A DNA stretch of 64,000 nt from Opitutia bacterium. Its GTDB lineage: Bacteria > Verrucomicrobiota > Verrucomicrobiia > Opitutales > T3Sed10-336. Numbering within the stretch: position 1 is the first letter of the stretch; each line of letters opens with the position of its first letter. A program made the translations under genes and the position numbers. The DNA is taken from the NCBI GenBank assembly GCA_050506795.1, contig JBJHCF010000006.1, positions 32,001 through 96,000 of the forward strand, read 5' to 3'. Below, in pieces: positions 1 to 10,474 of this stretch. The notes beneath the pieces were generated by a model. It saw nothing but the letters and a program-made list of their open reading frames with translations, was not told the origin of the DNA and searched no databases.

Positions 1-1
1 C

Positions 2-403
2 TCGGCGACCGGCCAACTGGCGGAAACCGTGGACATCTACCCTACGCTTCTGGAACTGGCCGGCGTGTCGATGCGGGAGACTTCGCAGCCGATCGATGGG
101 GTAAGCCTGGTGCCGGTGATGAAGGATACCGAGGCCCGCGTGCGCGAATACGCCTATCACTGTTTCGGTCGCGGCGGCCGCATGGGGCGGGCGATACGGA
201 CCGAGGACTATCGGCTGGTCGAATGGAAACGCATCGGCGAAGCGCCGGACACAGCCGACATCGAGCTTTACGAGTACAGCGAAGGCCCGGTCGAACTGCG
301 CAATATCGCCGAAGAAAAGCCCGAAGTCGTGACCGAGTTGCTGGAGATCCTGTATCGCCAACCGGAAGCGAGGCGCTCCAGGCCGGGAAGCACCTGGGAT
401 TGA
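2..403 (+). CDS. Sulfatase, C-terminal part (gene starts before the window)
   Basis: Open frame from the window edge. VDIYPTLLELAG..DGVSL, RAIRTEDYRLVEW and ELYE..ELRNIA are typical sulfatase C-terminal motifs. Confidence 0.8.
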   Translation, partial: SATGQLAETVDIYPTLLELAGVSMRETSQPIDGVSLVPVMKDTEARVREYAYHCFGRGGRMGRAIRTEDYRLVEWKRIGEAPDTADIELYEYSEGPVELRNIAEEKPEVVTELLEILYRQPEARRSRPGSTWD

Positions 404-491
404 GTGTGCCGCCGCTCCGGAGGAGAGAAACGAGGCGGATTTGGTTATGATTGATTCCGGAAGAAAGAGATTTGCGTGGGCGGGCGGCCTC

Positions 492-2762
492 ATGAAAAAA
501 ACATGCGGTTTGGCGGGAAGCTTGCCGCTCTTGACCGCCGCCGGTATCGCCGTCGCCGAAACGAACGAGGATCGTCCGCCGGATGATCGGCCCAACATTA
601 TTCTGATTCTCGCCGATGACATGGGGTATTCGGACCTCGGTTCCTATGGCGGCGAGATACGGACCCCCGTCCTCGACGCGTTGGCCTACAACGGGGTTCG
701 TTTCACGCAGTTTTACAACACCTCCCGGTGCAGCCCCACCCGGGCTTCGCTCCTGACCGGTGTTTATCCGCACCAGGCCGGCATGGGCTGGCTGGCCGGG
801 CAACCCCGCGGCTATCCCGGCTACGCCGCCGAACTGAGTCGTGACGTGGTGACGCTGGGCAACGTGCTCGGGGATGCCGGATACGGGGCCTACATGCTCG
901 GCAAATGGCACCTGTCATCCAACACGGGAAAGGAGGGCCCCAAGGATAATTGGCCTTTGCAGCGGGGCTTCCACCGGTTTTATGGGACCATCTTAGGCGC
1001 GGGGTCGTTTTTCGATCCGGCCTCGCTCACCCGTGGAAACACCATGATCTCCCCCTTTGACGATCCGGAGTACGAACCGGAAGGGGATTATTACTACACC
1101 GACGCACTTAACGACGAAACCGTTCGTTTCATACGGGAGCACCGGACGGAATATCCCGAAAGTCCGTTTTTCGTTTACCTGGCGCATCCCGCCCCGCACT
1201 GGCCGATGCACGCGCCGGAGGAAGACATAGCGAGGTATGAGGGCGTTTATGACGTCGGTTATGACGTGATCCGGCGGCAGCGATTCGAGAGCATGATCGA
1301 TATGGGGATCATCGATGCCGACTTGCGTATGAGCGAAACGCTGGGCGACTGGGAATCGTTTCCCGAAGAGGACCGGGCGTGGGAGCTTCGGACGATGGAG
1401 GTTTATGCCGCCATGATCGACCGGATGGACCGGGGCATCGGCCGGATTGTCGACGCCCTGGAGGAAATCGGTGAACTGGACAATACGTTGATCCTGTTCC
1501 TGAGCGACAACGGCGCGGCGGAGGAGGAACTTGGACGCGGTGGCCGGGGAGAGGCTCGTCCTGAATCACCCACCATGGTGTCGATCCCCGACCATGTGGT
1601 GCGAAGCGAGCACGATGTCGCCGTGTGGCCGAACCGGAACCGCGAAGGTTACCCGGTGCGACAGGGGCGCGGCGTGATGGCGGGGTCGGATGACACCTAC
1701 ATCGCATACGGGCGAAATTGGGCGAACGTTTCCAATACTCCGTTCCGGATGTTCAAACATTTTTCCCACGAGGGAGGGATCGCCACACCGTTGGTGGCGC
1801 ACTGGCCGAATGGAATCGAAGGCCGGGGCGAACTGATACGCGAACCGGGACACCTGATCGACATCATGGCGACGCTGGTGGATTTGGCGGGAGCCGAGTA
1901 TCCGGAGGAGTATGACGGCAGGCGGATTGCGCCGATGGAGGGCCGCAGTTTGGCGCCGTTGTTTCGGAATGAATCTTTTGATCGAGGCAGGCCGCTGTTT
2001 TTCGAACACGAGGGGACGCGCGCGGTGCGCGATGGGCGATGGAAGATCGTGGCACCCGGTCCTTACTATCCTCCCCGGTCCCCGATGTTGTCCGGAGAGC
2101 GTGGAGATGTCGGATACACCGACTGGAAATTGTTCGACATGGAGAACGATCGTACCGAACTCAACAACCTGGCTCAAGAGCAACCCGGCATCGTGGAACG
2201 TCTGGCGGACGAGTGGCAACGGTGGGCCGAACGGGCCGATGTCCTTCCCCTCGGAGGTTACCGGATCACGCGTGAGGACTATAGCGCCCGGAACGTATTC
2301 GAGCTTGAACCGGGGGCGGAGTTGGGTCCCGGGGAAGCGCCGTTCCTCGTGAATACGGCACTAACGATCACCGCTCGGATTGCCAGTCCCGGCGATGGGA
2401 CAATCGTTGCCCATGGCGGCGAGGTGCACGGATACGCGTTGTACGTTCGCGACGACACCCTCCGCCTGGCCTGGCGGCATTTGGGCAAACTTTATGAATT
2501 CGCTGCGGACCGACCGCTGCCGGCCGATGCGTTCGAAGCGCGGGTTGATTTCACTGAGTCGGGCCGCATCATCGTTGCCATCGACGACCGGACGGTGGCG
2601 GTCGGCCTTGTTCCCCCGGCATGGGAACGCCACATGCCCGGCGCCGGCCTGCGGGTGGGGTTCGATGCGGGACCGCCCGTTGGCGAATACCGGCCGCCAA
2701 ACCGATATCAAGGTGAAATCGAGCAGGTTCGGATCGAGCGGAATGAACTGTCGCCGCGTTGA
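492..2762 (+). CDS. Secreted arylsulfatase with C-terminal LamG-like domain
   Basis: PNIILILADDMG, CSPTRASLLTG (Cys-type FGly motif), GKWHL, SDNG. Signal-like N-terminus from ATG 492. Confidence 0.92.
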   Translation: MKKTCGLAGSLPLLTAAGIAVAETNEDRPPDDRPNIILILADDMGYSDLGSYGGEIRTPVLDALAYNGVRFTQFYNTSRCSPTRASLLTGVYPHQAGMGWLAGQPRGYPGYAAELSRDVVTLGNVLGDAGYGAYMLGKWHLSSNTGKEGPKDNWPLQRGFHRFYGTILGAGSFFDPASLTRGNTMISPFDDPEYEPEGDYYYTDALNDETVRFIREHRTEYPESPFFVYLAHPAPHWPMHAPEEDIARYEGVYDVGYDVIRRQRFESMIDMGIIDADLRMSETLGDWESFPEEDRAWELRTMEVYAAMIDRMDRGIGRIVDALEEIGELDNTLILFLSDNGAAEEELGRGGRGEARPESPTMVSIPDHVVRSEHDVAVWPNRNREGYPVRQGRGVMAGSDDTYIAYGRNWANVSNTPFRMFKHFSHEGGIATPLVAHWPNGIEGRGELIREPGHLIDIMATLVDLAGAEYPEEYDGRRIAPMEGRSLAPLFRNESFDRGRPLFFEHEGTRAVRDGRWKIVAPGPYYPPRSPMLSGERGDVGYTDWKLFDMENDRTELNNLAQEQPGIVERLADEWQRWAERADVLPLGGYRITREDYSARNVFELEPGAELGPGEAPFLVNTALTITARIASPGDGTIVAHGGEVHGYALYVRDDTLRLAWRHLGKLYEFAADRPLPADAFEARVDFTESGRIIVAIDDRTVAVGLVPPAWERHMPGAGLRVGFDAGPPVGEYRPPNRYQGEIEQVRIERNELSPR

Positions 2763-2801
2763 TCCGGCCGTGACCCGAAAAGCGAGAAACCAGAAGCAGC
2801 C

Positions 2802-4790
2802 ATGTTGAAGTCCTTCACCTGTTCCAAATCGATTGCCACGTCGCTCCTGGCGGCCTCCGTTTCCCTGTCCCCTGGATTCGCGGAGGAGGGAGACGCCGCC
2901 GCCCGTCCCAACTTCGTGTTTATCTACATCGATGACCTCGGCTACGGAGACCTAAGCGTTTACGGCAACGATGAAATCGAAACGCCCCACATCGATCGTC
3001 TCGCCGCCGAGGGAACGCGCTTCACGCAGTTCTACAACCTCGCTCCGCTCTGTTCTCCGTCGCGTGTCGCGGTCCTGACCGGGCAGCAACCGCACCGGTG
3101 GCGACTCCATTCCTATCTCGACAACCGCGATCGCAACGCGGAGCGGCATATGGCGGATTGGCTTGACCCGGAGGCTCCGAGTCTGGCTCGTCTCCTGCGT
3201 GAATCCGGTTACGCAACGCTTCATTCCGGCAAATGGCACCTGGGCGGAGGGCGCGACATCGGTGACGCGCCACATCCGTCCGCCTACGGGTTCGACGACT
3301 CGTTGACTTCGTTCGAAGGACTCGGGGAGCGAATCCTGATCGAAGGAAGCGGCCTCTCGGAGATGAGCGGGCGGCTCGGCCAGGGCCCGATCGAATGGGT
3401 GAAGAAACATGAGATGACGGAACGCTACGTGGACCGTGCGCTCGCCTTCATTCGCGAGAACCGTGATCGGCCGTTCTACGTTCAGATCTGGCCGGACGAC
3501 GTGCACGATCCGTTCGACCCGAAACCCGAGTTGGTGGAGCGCTTTCGGCACACGTCTCACCCGGAATACTACGCGGTCCTCGACGAACTCGACCGGCAGG
3601 TCGGCCGGTTGGTGCGGGAGATTGACGAAATGGGTTTGCGGGAAAGCACCTTGTTCATTCTGGCCTCCGACGACGGACCGACCGCCTGGCCGCATTATTA
3701 CGGCGGGCGTAACGACCCGTCTCTTGCTCCCGGGTCCACGGGCGGCTTGCGCGGCCGTAAGTGGTCCCTCTACGAGGGCGGCCTTCGTTCACCGTTTATC
3801 CTGCGCCAACCCGGGACCGTCCCCGCGAACCAGATCAATGAAACCACGGTGGTGGCCGCATACGATCTTCTTCCCTCGCTTGCCGCCATTGCCGGCATTG
3901 AGGTGCCGCCCGATTATCAACCGGACGGCCTCGATATGAGTGAGGCGCTGCTCGGGCGGAGCGAGCCGGAACGGCCTGGAACGATCGTGTGGGAATACGG
4001 CACTCTTCCGGGCGTCCGTTTCTTTCCCGGCCTGGAGCGGGACCGCAGTCCTCCGCTCGCGATTCGCGAAGGCGACTGGAAACTGCTCATGACGCCCGAT
4101 GGGTACGAACTCGAACTCTACAACCTGCGCGACGATCCGGAGGAGAGCCGAAACATCGCCGGCCGCCACCCCGGGAGGGTGGAAGCGATGAGCGAGGAAC
4201 TGTTGGCGTGGTGGAAAAGCACACCGATCGCCCGTCACGCCCCTGTTACCGTACTGGGCGACCTTTTCGGTGGCATCGTTCGTCTCCACGATACGGGTAC
4301 GGAAGCGCTGGATGCCGAGGAATTGTGGCCGCGCCGGTTTTCCGGCGAAGGCTATCTCGACTTGCCGCGTGCGGAGGCTCCCGACATCGCCGGGAAACGG
4401 ATCCGGATTTCGGTCACGATTGAGGCCGGGAGATCCTCAGGCGTCGTTGTGGCGCACGGCGGCGAGCGGTACGGTTACGCCTTGTACCTGGATGAAGGCA
4501 GACCGGTTTTTGTCACCACGGCGGACTGGGACCGGACGACCGTCGCCAGCCCGCGGCCGCTGCCGTCCGACCCCGTCGAACTTCGCGCCGAACTGACGAC
4601 GACCGGCGAAATGACCCTCCACATCGACGGCGACCTTGTCGCCTCCGTGCGGGGGCCGGGTCCGATACCATCCGAACCCGGCGACAGCTTTCAGGTGGGC
4701 GCCGACACACTTTCACCCGTGGGAGCCTACGCCACCCCCCATCCTTTGACCGGGACGATACACTCGCTGGAAATCGTGTTGGGCGAGTGA
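2802..4790 (+). CDS. Secreted sulfatase with C-terminal LamG-like domain
   Basis: PNFVFIYIDDLG, CSPSRVAVLTG, GKWHL, KWSLYEGG. The C-terminal AHGGE..GYALY module is shared with the upstream sulfatase. Confidence 0.92.
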   Translation: MLKSFTCSKSIATSLLAASVSLSPGFAEEGDAAARPNFVFIYIDDLGYGDLSVYGNDEIETPHIDRLAAEGTRFTQFYNLAPLCSPSRVAVLTGQQPHRWRLHSYLDNRDRNAERHMADWLDPEAPSLARLLRESGYATLHSGKWHLGGGRDIGDAPHPSAYGFDDSLTSFEGLGERILIEGSGLSEMSGRLGQGPIEWVKKHEMTERYVDRALAFIRENRDRPFYVQIWPDDVHDPFDPKPELVERFRHTSHPEYYAVLDELDRQVGRLVREIDEMGLRESTLFILASDDGPTAWPHYYGGRNDPSLAPGSTGGLRGRKWSLYEGGLRSPFILRQPGTVPANQINETTVVAAYDLLPSLAAIAGIEVPPDYQPDGLDMSEALLGRSEPERPGTIVWEYGTLPGVRFFPGLERDRSPPLAIREGDWKLLMTPDGYELELYNLRDDPEESRNIAGRHPGRVEAMSEELLAWWKSTPIARHAPVTVLGDLFGGIVRLHDTGTEALDAEELWPRRFSGEGYLDLPRAEAPDIAGKRIRISVTIEAGRSSGVVVAHGGERYGYALYLDEGRPVFVTTADWDRTTVASPRPLPSDPVELRAELTTTGEMTLHIDGDLVASVRGPGPIPSEPGDSFQVGADTLSPVGAYATPHPLTGTIHSLEIVLGE

Positions 4791-4824
4791 CGGTTTACTT
4801 TTGCCGGGTTGCCTGAATTGGCAC

Positions 4825-5652
4825 TCAGTTAATCCGGCTGGTCGGAATTTGTGAAATCCCCGCACGCCGGGAGCGCCTCCGTCGTGCGAGTACCATCAGC
4901 AAAGCGGCAAGGCCGAAAAGACCCGCGTAGGTCGATGGTTCGGGGACTACCGTGGCGGCATCGTTCCAAAAATACACATCGCCCATGATTCCTTCGAAGC
5001 CGTTGACGGGGGTATCGTTGACGTCGAACGGATCGTTGACTCTAATATCGGGCAGTTCCCCTCCCAAGCCTCCGGCACTGTTGCCGATCGTGCCGAAGGA
5101 TATCGAGTTGTTGCCGGTCCAATTGTCATAGTCGCCGGAAATTAAGAAATGATCCACCCCGCCGAGGTTGGCGCCGAAAATTCCGATACGGAGGTTGCCG
5201 TTCTGGTCCCACGACACGGCGGCGTTGTACTCGATCCCCGCGGCAAGAACGCCGGCCGTGCTTTGAGCGGCCATTTCGCCGGGTGAACTTCCGTCCGGCC
5301 TGAGAGTCAGATCGTTCAGGGACTCGGGTGCGCGCCCATCATTCGAGTTATGCTTGGCCGTTGTCGTCAAGACACCGTCGACAAGGATAAGTGATGCTCC
5401 GTTCGATGAGCCCCCGTACTCCCAAAGCACCGTGGTTCCGGTTAGGTCGGCGGCCGTCGGTGTGAATACCACGTCGACGGTATAACCGGCCGGGCGGCTA
5501 CTGTTCAAGGTGTTGAATCCTCCGGGTGCGTGGGCGCCTACCTGATGAAAGTCGGCGGCATCTGTTGAAAGGTTTACGATTACCGCGTGTGAAATCGTGG
5601 CGGTCAGAATGAAGCCGGTAAGTGAGAGGGCTGAGAATTTAAACAGTTTCAT
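4825..5652 (-). CDS. PEP-CTERM sorting-domain surface protein (LamG-like core)
   Basis: Signal peptide MKLFKFSALS...SHA. C-terminal VPEPSTYAGLFGLAALLMVLARRRR. Confidence 0.9.
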   Translation of the reverse strand: MKLFKFSALSLTGFILTATISHAVIVNLSTDAADFHQVGAHAPGGFNTLNSSRPAGYTVDVVFTPTAADLTGTTVLWEYGGSSNGASLILVDGVLTTTAKHNSNDGRAPESLNDLTLRPDGSSPGEMAAQSTAGVLAAGIEYNAAVSWDQNGNLRIGIFGANLGGVDHFLISGDYDNWTGNNSISFGTIGNSAGGLGGELPDIRVNDPFDVNDTPVNGFEGIMGDVYFWNDAATVVPEPSTYAGLFGLAALLMVLARRRRSRRAGISQIPTSRIN

Positions 5653-6213
5653 TGTTGGGTCCTTGTTTAGTCGATCCGGTCGGCAGGGGCAGGCACACAT
5701 GGATAGGTGTGAACCGATAATGACCCAGGCCGAATATGCTCTATTCTCTGGAGAATTCCGGAGATTTCGAGCCAAATCTTTATATTTGAGAACTTTGGTC
5801 ACAATTTTCTATATCGGGCTATTTAAAATCGCGAAATCGGATAAGCTCACACGGAGGCACCTTCCCGATTGGCTTGGAAAGGTGGGAGAGGTTTCCGGTT
5901 TTCGGGGCCTCCTCCAGTAGTGGCCTGTGTTTTGTTGCCGGTATTGCCGACCTGGACATTAGGAATGGTTTACGGTGGAGTGCCTGAATTCCTGGAGTTT
6001 TAATGCACCGATGTGCACGACGAGAACATTGCCGAACCTGCATGCCGCGATCTATATATAGAACCCTAAGCCCTCTTGCAAAGACGGAACATGATTCTCT
6101 CATCAGATCGATCGTTGGATATTCGAAATCCAGTCCCTTGTGGGATGGATCGGGCGGAAGTGAGGCAACTTTCATTGGACGCTTGGCAAGCTCCTCATCC
6201 GGACGAAGCCGAG

Positions 6214-6576
6214 ATGGAGAAGTCGTTGAAACGATATAGAAAAGCGCTCCATGATTACATTCTGACGATGATACCTCATCGCGCCAGCGCTGACGATGTT
6301 CTTCAAGAGGCACTGATATGGATCCTGGAACGTTTCTATCACAACGGGCGGACGAGCGCTCAGATTGCCGTGGAGACTGGTCGCAGTGCGGCGGCGGTTC
6401 GCCAGGCGTTGTCTCGCGTGCGCAGAACGTTGAAAAGAACGGTAGAGGCTCAGATGCGTCGCGGGGAGGGGTTTGGCATGGGAGTTGGCTGGGTATCTCG
6501 GACGGACTCCTGGTCGGCGCCGAGCCACGGGAATTTTACCCGACCACGCCTCCGGGACATCGAGGTTGATTTTTAA
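6214..6576 (+). pseudogene. Internally deleted ECF sigma factor
   Basis: Region-2-like YILTMIPHRASADDVLQE is joined directly to a region-4 HTH, TSAQIAVETGRSAAAVRQALSRVRRTL. The middle is missing. Confidence 0.65.
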
Positions 6577-6590
6577 TCCGATACCGAATT

Positions 6591-7322
6591 ATGAATACAA
6601 GATCCAAGGGATTTACCCTAATCGAACTGCTGACTGTTATTGCCATCATTGGAATTCTGGCGGCTATACTGATTCCGGTCGTGGCCAGTGTCCGGGAATC
6701 GGCCAGGCGTTCCAGTTGCATGAGCAATCTGCGCCAGATCGGAATAGCGGCGCATATTTTCGCTGCCGAAAATGATGAACGACTTCCGGTGGTCGGCGGC
6801 GGCCACTGGCCGTGGGATATTTCGAATAATGCGTTGCTTGCTCTGATCGCCACTGGCGGCGGTGAGCGCGACATGTTCTATTGTCCCTCATCCCTTCAGT
6901 ACACATGGAGAAACGATCTTTGGGACTTTAATGTTTCGGACTCTCTGCCGGGCGGGGGGCACCGCGTGATCAGTTACGTCTTGTTGATGCGCAACGCGAA
7001 TACGCCCGAACGCTATTGGAACCGGACCATCGGCGATCCGCCGCCGATGCAGGGTGATCGCGTGCGGGGTGAAAGAGGCTCGGGCCCGGGGTTGGTGTAT
7101 ATGAGCCAGACCGAGCGGGAACTGGCCGTGGATGCGGTGTTGTCCGATGGCGGCAGTCGATTTACGGGCCTGGAGGGGGGGCAGGGCCAATCGGCCCACA
7201 TGGATGGAGATGTCCCGGCAGGGGGCAATATACTGTTCCTCGACGGCCACGTGAAATGGCGCCCCTGGTCGGAGATGGACCCGCAGCCGCGCGCGACTGG
7301 CGGTCCCGGATTCCATTGGTGA
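6591..7322 (+). CDS. Prepilin-type N-methylation / H-X9-DG-like (DUF1559-like) protein
   Basis: [35 protein letters not shown], and C-terminal H-x14-DGHV. Confidence 0.9.
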   Translation: MNTRSKGFTLIELLTVIAIIGILAAILIPVVASVRESARRSSCMSNLRQIGIAAHIFAAENDERLPVVGGGHWPWDISNNALLALIATGGGERDMFYCPSSLQYTWRNDLWDFNVSDSLPGGGHRVISYVLLMRNANTPERYWNRTIGDPPPMQGDRVRGERGSGPGLVYMSQTERELAVDAVLSDGGSRFTGLEGGQGQSAHMDGDVPAGGNILFLDGHVKWRPWSEMDPQPRATGGPGFHW

Positions 7323-7557
7323 GCCGGGGCTCGCATGCGCGTTGTCGTAGCGGGCGGGTGGAACGCGGTGAAATGAAGATGCAAAACCGGAGGCGTTACC
7401 GAGGGTATCGAGATTGGCATTGAATTTTCGAGCCTGTCGTTGAAGATGGTTATGCTACGGCCTTGATGGCCCGAAAGGCCGTCGATTTTGTCGATGCCGT
7501 GCCTGTGAAGCATATTTGCTGAATGTGAATTGAAACCTGGTTCCAAGGGAGATACGG

Positions 7558-9114
7558 ATGATTAAGATTGGATTTGGCACGGCCTGGATGGGGGCGCTGT
7601 TTTTATCGGCGTTCGCGGCGAAATCGGTACCGGCGGAAGAGCCGGGACGCGCACCGAACATTCTTTATGCGATTTCCGATGATCAGAGCTGGATTCACGC
7701 GGGAGCTTATGGTCTGGAGGAGGTGCGCACACCCCACTTTGACCGGATTGCAGCTGAAGGAGTATTGTTCGAACAGGCGTTTGCACCCACTCCCGGCTGC
7801 TCTCCGACGCGAGCCTCTATTCTTACCGGCCGACATAACTGGCAGATCGAACATGCGGGTACGCACTGGAGCACGTTTTCAAGGAATTATGCCGTATTCC
7901 CTGATCGGCTGGAAGAAGCCGGCTATTTCATCGGGTTTACAGGTAAAGGATGGGCTCCGGGCAACACAGATGGGTGGGATCGGAACCCAGCCGGCGTCCG
8001 CTTCGGTCGGGGAGATTATGCCGAAGGCTTCCGGCGGTTTCTCGACGAACGCCCTGAAGGAACTCCCTTCTTTTTTTGGTATGGTGCGCATGAGCCCCAT
8101 CCCGGGACGATTCGAGCAAACCTCGGTAGCGGCGAGGAGGCGGGTTTCGATCTGGATGCGATCACAGTTCCGCCGTTTCTTCCCGATGTTCCTGAGGTTC
8201 GCGGCCATATTGCAGACTACCTGAGGATGATCGAGGTTTTCGATGAACAACTGGGAGAGATCCTTGGATTGCTGGAGGAAGCGGGTGAACTGGATAGTAC
8301 AATCATCATCGTCACCAGCGATCACGGCATGGGATTTCCTCGCGCCAAAGCCAATCTGTACGAGTACAGCGTGCGGGTTCCACTCGCGGTCCGATGGGGA
8401 GCGGAGGTTCCGGGCGGGCGCGTCGTCAATGACCTGATCGATCTGATCGATATCACTGCGACGATCTACGATGTTACGGGCGTTGCGAAACCTGAAGAAT
8501 ATCCGATTTCCGGGCGCACGATGCTTGCCCTTCTGCGTTCTGAAAGGGAGGGACTCGTCGAGGCGGAGAGAGATGCGGTGTACCTTGGTCGTGAACGCCA
8601 TTCGAGCGCACGTCATGACAACTTCGGGTATCCGATGCGGGCTATCCGCACGCAGGAATTCCTTTATATTCGCAATTTTCACCCCGATCGCTGGCCTGCG
8701 GGTGCGCCGAAGGCGCTGCGCGAGGATGATTCGTTTTACCCACTTAGCCACGGCGGTAACGCATTCGCCGATATCGATGACAGTCCGACTAAATCTTTTC
8801 TCGTCGAAAATAGCGATCATGAAGAGTACCGTGAGTACTTTCTGTTGGCCGTGGGAAAGCGGCCTGCGGAAGAGTTATACGACATTCGCAACGATCCGGG
8901 CTGCTTGAACAACCTCGCCGAACAGCCTCAATACGCGGACATTCGTCGCGATCTGGCGGAGCGGCTTGAAACCCACCTTGAACAGTCCGGCGATCCAAGA
9001 ATCGTCGGTCCCGACCCTGAGGTTTTCGAAACCTACCCGCGGTACGGTGGAATTCGACGTTATCCGCCTCCTGAAGAAGAACCGGAGGAATGGAAATGGA
9101 TGGTTGCGCCGTAA
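7558..9114 (+). CDS. Sulfatase, N-sulfoglucosamine sulfohydrolase-like
   Basis: PNILYAISDDQS, CSPTRASILTG, SDHGMGFPRAKANLY, RERH, YPMRAIRT. Confidence 0.9.
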   Translation: MIKIGFGTAWMGALFLSAFAAKSVPAEEPGRAPNILYAISDDQSWIHAGAYGLEEVRTPHFDRIAAEGVLFEQAFAPTPGCSPTRASILTGRHNWQIEHAGTHWSTFSRNYAVFPDRLEEAGYFIGFTGKGWAPGNTDGWDRNPAGVRFGRGDYAEGFRRFLDERPEGTPFFFWYGAHEPHPGTIRANLGSGEEAGFDLDAITVPPFLPDVPEVRGHIADYLRMIEVFDEQLGEILGLLEEAGELDSTIIIVTSDHGMGFPRAKANLYEYSVRVPLAVRWGAEVPGGRVVNDLIDLIDITATIYDVTGVAKPEEYPISGRTMLALLRSEREGLVEAERDAVYLGRERHSSARHDNFGYPMRAIRTQEFLYIRNFHPDRWPAGAPKALREDDSFYPLSHGGNAFADIDDSPTKSFLVENSDHEEYREYFLLAVGKRPAEELYDIRNDPGCLNNLAEQPQYADIRRDLAERLETHLEQSGDPRIVGPDPEVFETYPRYGGIRRYPPPEEEPEEWKWMVAP

Positions 9115-9151
9115 GCCGATCCCAACCGCCGGCGTTCTCGGAAAGGTCCTT

Positions 9152-9262
9152 GTGCCATCCAGTGAACATGTCGTTGTCCTTGCCGGCGCGGGCATCAGCG
9201 CCGAAAGCGGAATGCGAACCTTCCGGTGCGGCGGTGGTTTGTGGCATGAGTTTCGTATCGAT
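9152..9262 (+). pseudogene. Sir2/CobB deacylase N-terminal fragment
   Basis: HVVVLAGAGISAESGMRTFRCGGGLW matches the sirtuin GAGISAESG.TFR..GLW motif. Similarity then ends abruptly. Confidence 0.75.
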
Positions 9263-9346
9263 CGCCACATCGCTCCTAGGGGCCTCCGTGTTCCTGTCCC
9301 CGGCATTCGCGGAGGAGGAAGCCGCCGCCGCCTTTCCCAACTTCGT
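9257..9346 (+). repeat. Diverged 90-bp copy of 2828-2917 (sulfatase signal peptide + PNFV)
   Basis: Aligns by eye from ATCGAT.GCCAC.TCGCTCCT to CCCAACTTCGT. Confidence 0.85.
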
Positions 9347-9672
9347 CTTGGTACGTGGCGGAAGGGTTTAGCCGACAACGTCTCTTTTTCCTGCTGATGG
9401 ACGACCTTATCCAGATCGCGGCGACGTCGAGTTGCTCGCTCTGGCCGTAGCCAGGATGTGGCAGCGCCTCGGGCTCTCTCGGGAGGCCTCCGGGATCCGG
9501 CGGCATGAAGCGTACCTTCCTTCGCTTTGAGGAGTAAGTGGGTTGTTCTCCCGGAATTCAGGAAGGGGTGCGTTTGCCACGAAGGCATTGATCAACACCA
9601 TTGAGCAGCACTTCCCTCGCCCAAGTGGTAAATCGTTTCTGCCCTCTGAACACCGGTGCCAAGCCAGTCGCA

Positions 9673-9753
9673 CAGAGAATCAGTTTTCACTGTAAAGATA
9701 TCGCCCCTCCTTTTTTCGAATTTCTCTGGGAGGCTGGTGCCGGAGGGGACGAT
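9673..9753 (+). repeat. ~82-bp direct repeat, copy 1 (copy 2 at 61202-61284), containing a tRNA-like 3' end on the minus strand
   Basis: 6 substitutions + 2 indels versus copy 2. The last 23 bp are identical. Minus strand reads CCCCTCCGGCACCA. Confidence 0.85.
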
Positions 9754-10114
9754 CCTCCAGAATCTGTCCGCTTCCTCCTCACTCTTGAGATCGAGGTAAT
9801 GCTTTCGAATGACAGCCTCCGAGTTTCACGGGTGGCACGCATTGGGTGCGGTTGTTCCACTTCACTCCTTCGGGATGGTGGTGTCTCCCCAGAATAGCTG
9901 GGATTTATGCAGAGATGCGTTCGACCAACGCTTTTCCCCAGGAAGGAAGATCGGGAGGGGTCGGGCCGAGATCAGGTGCCCGTCGCATTCCACCGCTTCG
10001 TCGACCCAGTCAGCGCCGGCGTTGGAGGAGCATTTTCGGGAAACGGCGGGATCGACGGGTGCCGACGGGGGTTTCGCTTGTCCCCGCATTATTGGGGAAA
10101 TAGGGTAATCATCT

Positions 10115-10423
10115 ATGAAGGCTGCCCAATTTGAGGAATACGGAAATCCGGCGGAAGTGCTCTCTTGCGTGGAGTTGCCCGCACCCGGAACGCCGTCCGG
10201 AACCGAAATTATTGTGCGGATGGAAGCGGCCCCAATCAATCCCGCCGACTTGCTGATGATCGCCGGAGAGGTGCCGACTCTGTATAAACGGCTTGTTTCG
10301 ATGCTGGCGGAGGGCAAGCTGCACGTGTCGGTGGCCGCCCGATACCCGCTGGCGCAAGTCAAGGAGGCGGTAGAGCACGCCGGCCGGGGCGGCCGGGACG
10401 GGGAGGTTCTGCTGATTTGCTGA
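10115..10423 (+). pseudogene. Internally deleted MDR-family (2-enoyl thioester/quinone) reductase
   Basis: N-terminal MKAAQFEEYGNPAEVL..PINPADLLMIAG is fused in frame to C-terminal YPLAQVKEAVEHA..RDGEVLL. Only 102 aa for a family usually ~330 aa. Confidence 0.75.
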
Positions 10424-10474
10424 GGGGGAGTTCGTGCTGCTTACGGGAGGCAAATATCGCGAAAGGATGAAAAG

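Noticed and set aside
42..911. Long minus-strand ORFs opposite the sulfatases (also 7879-8820, 21205-22173, 41181-42119, 62398-63150)
   Set aside because: Antisense shadow ORFs of well-supported genes.
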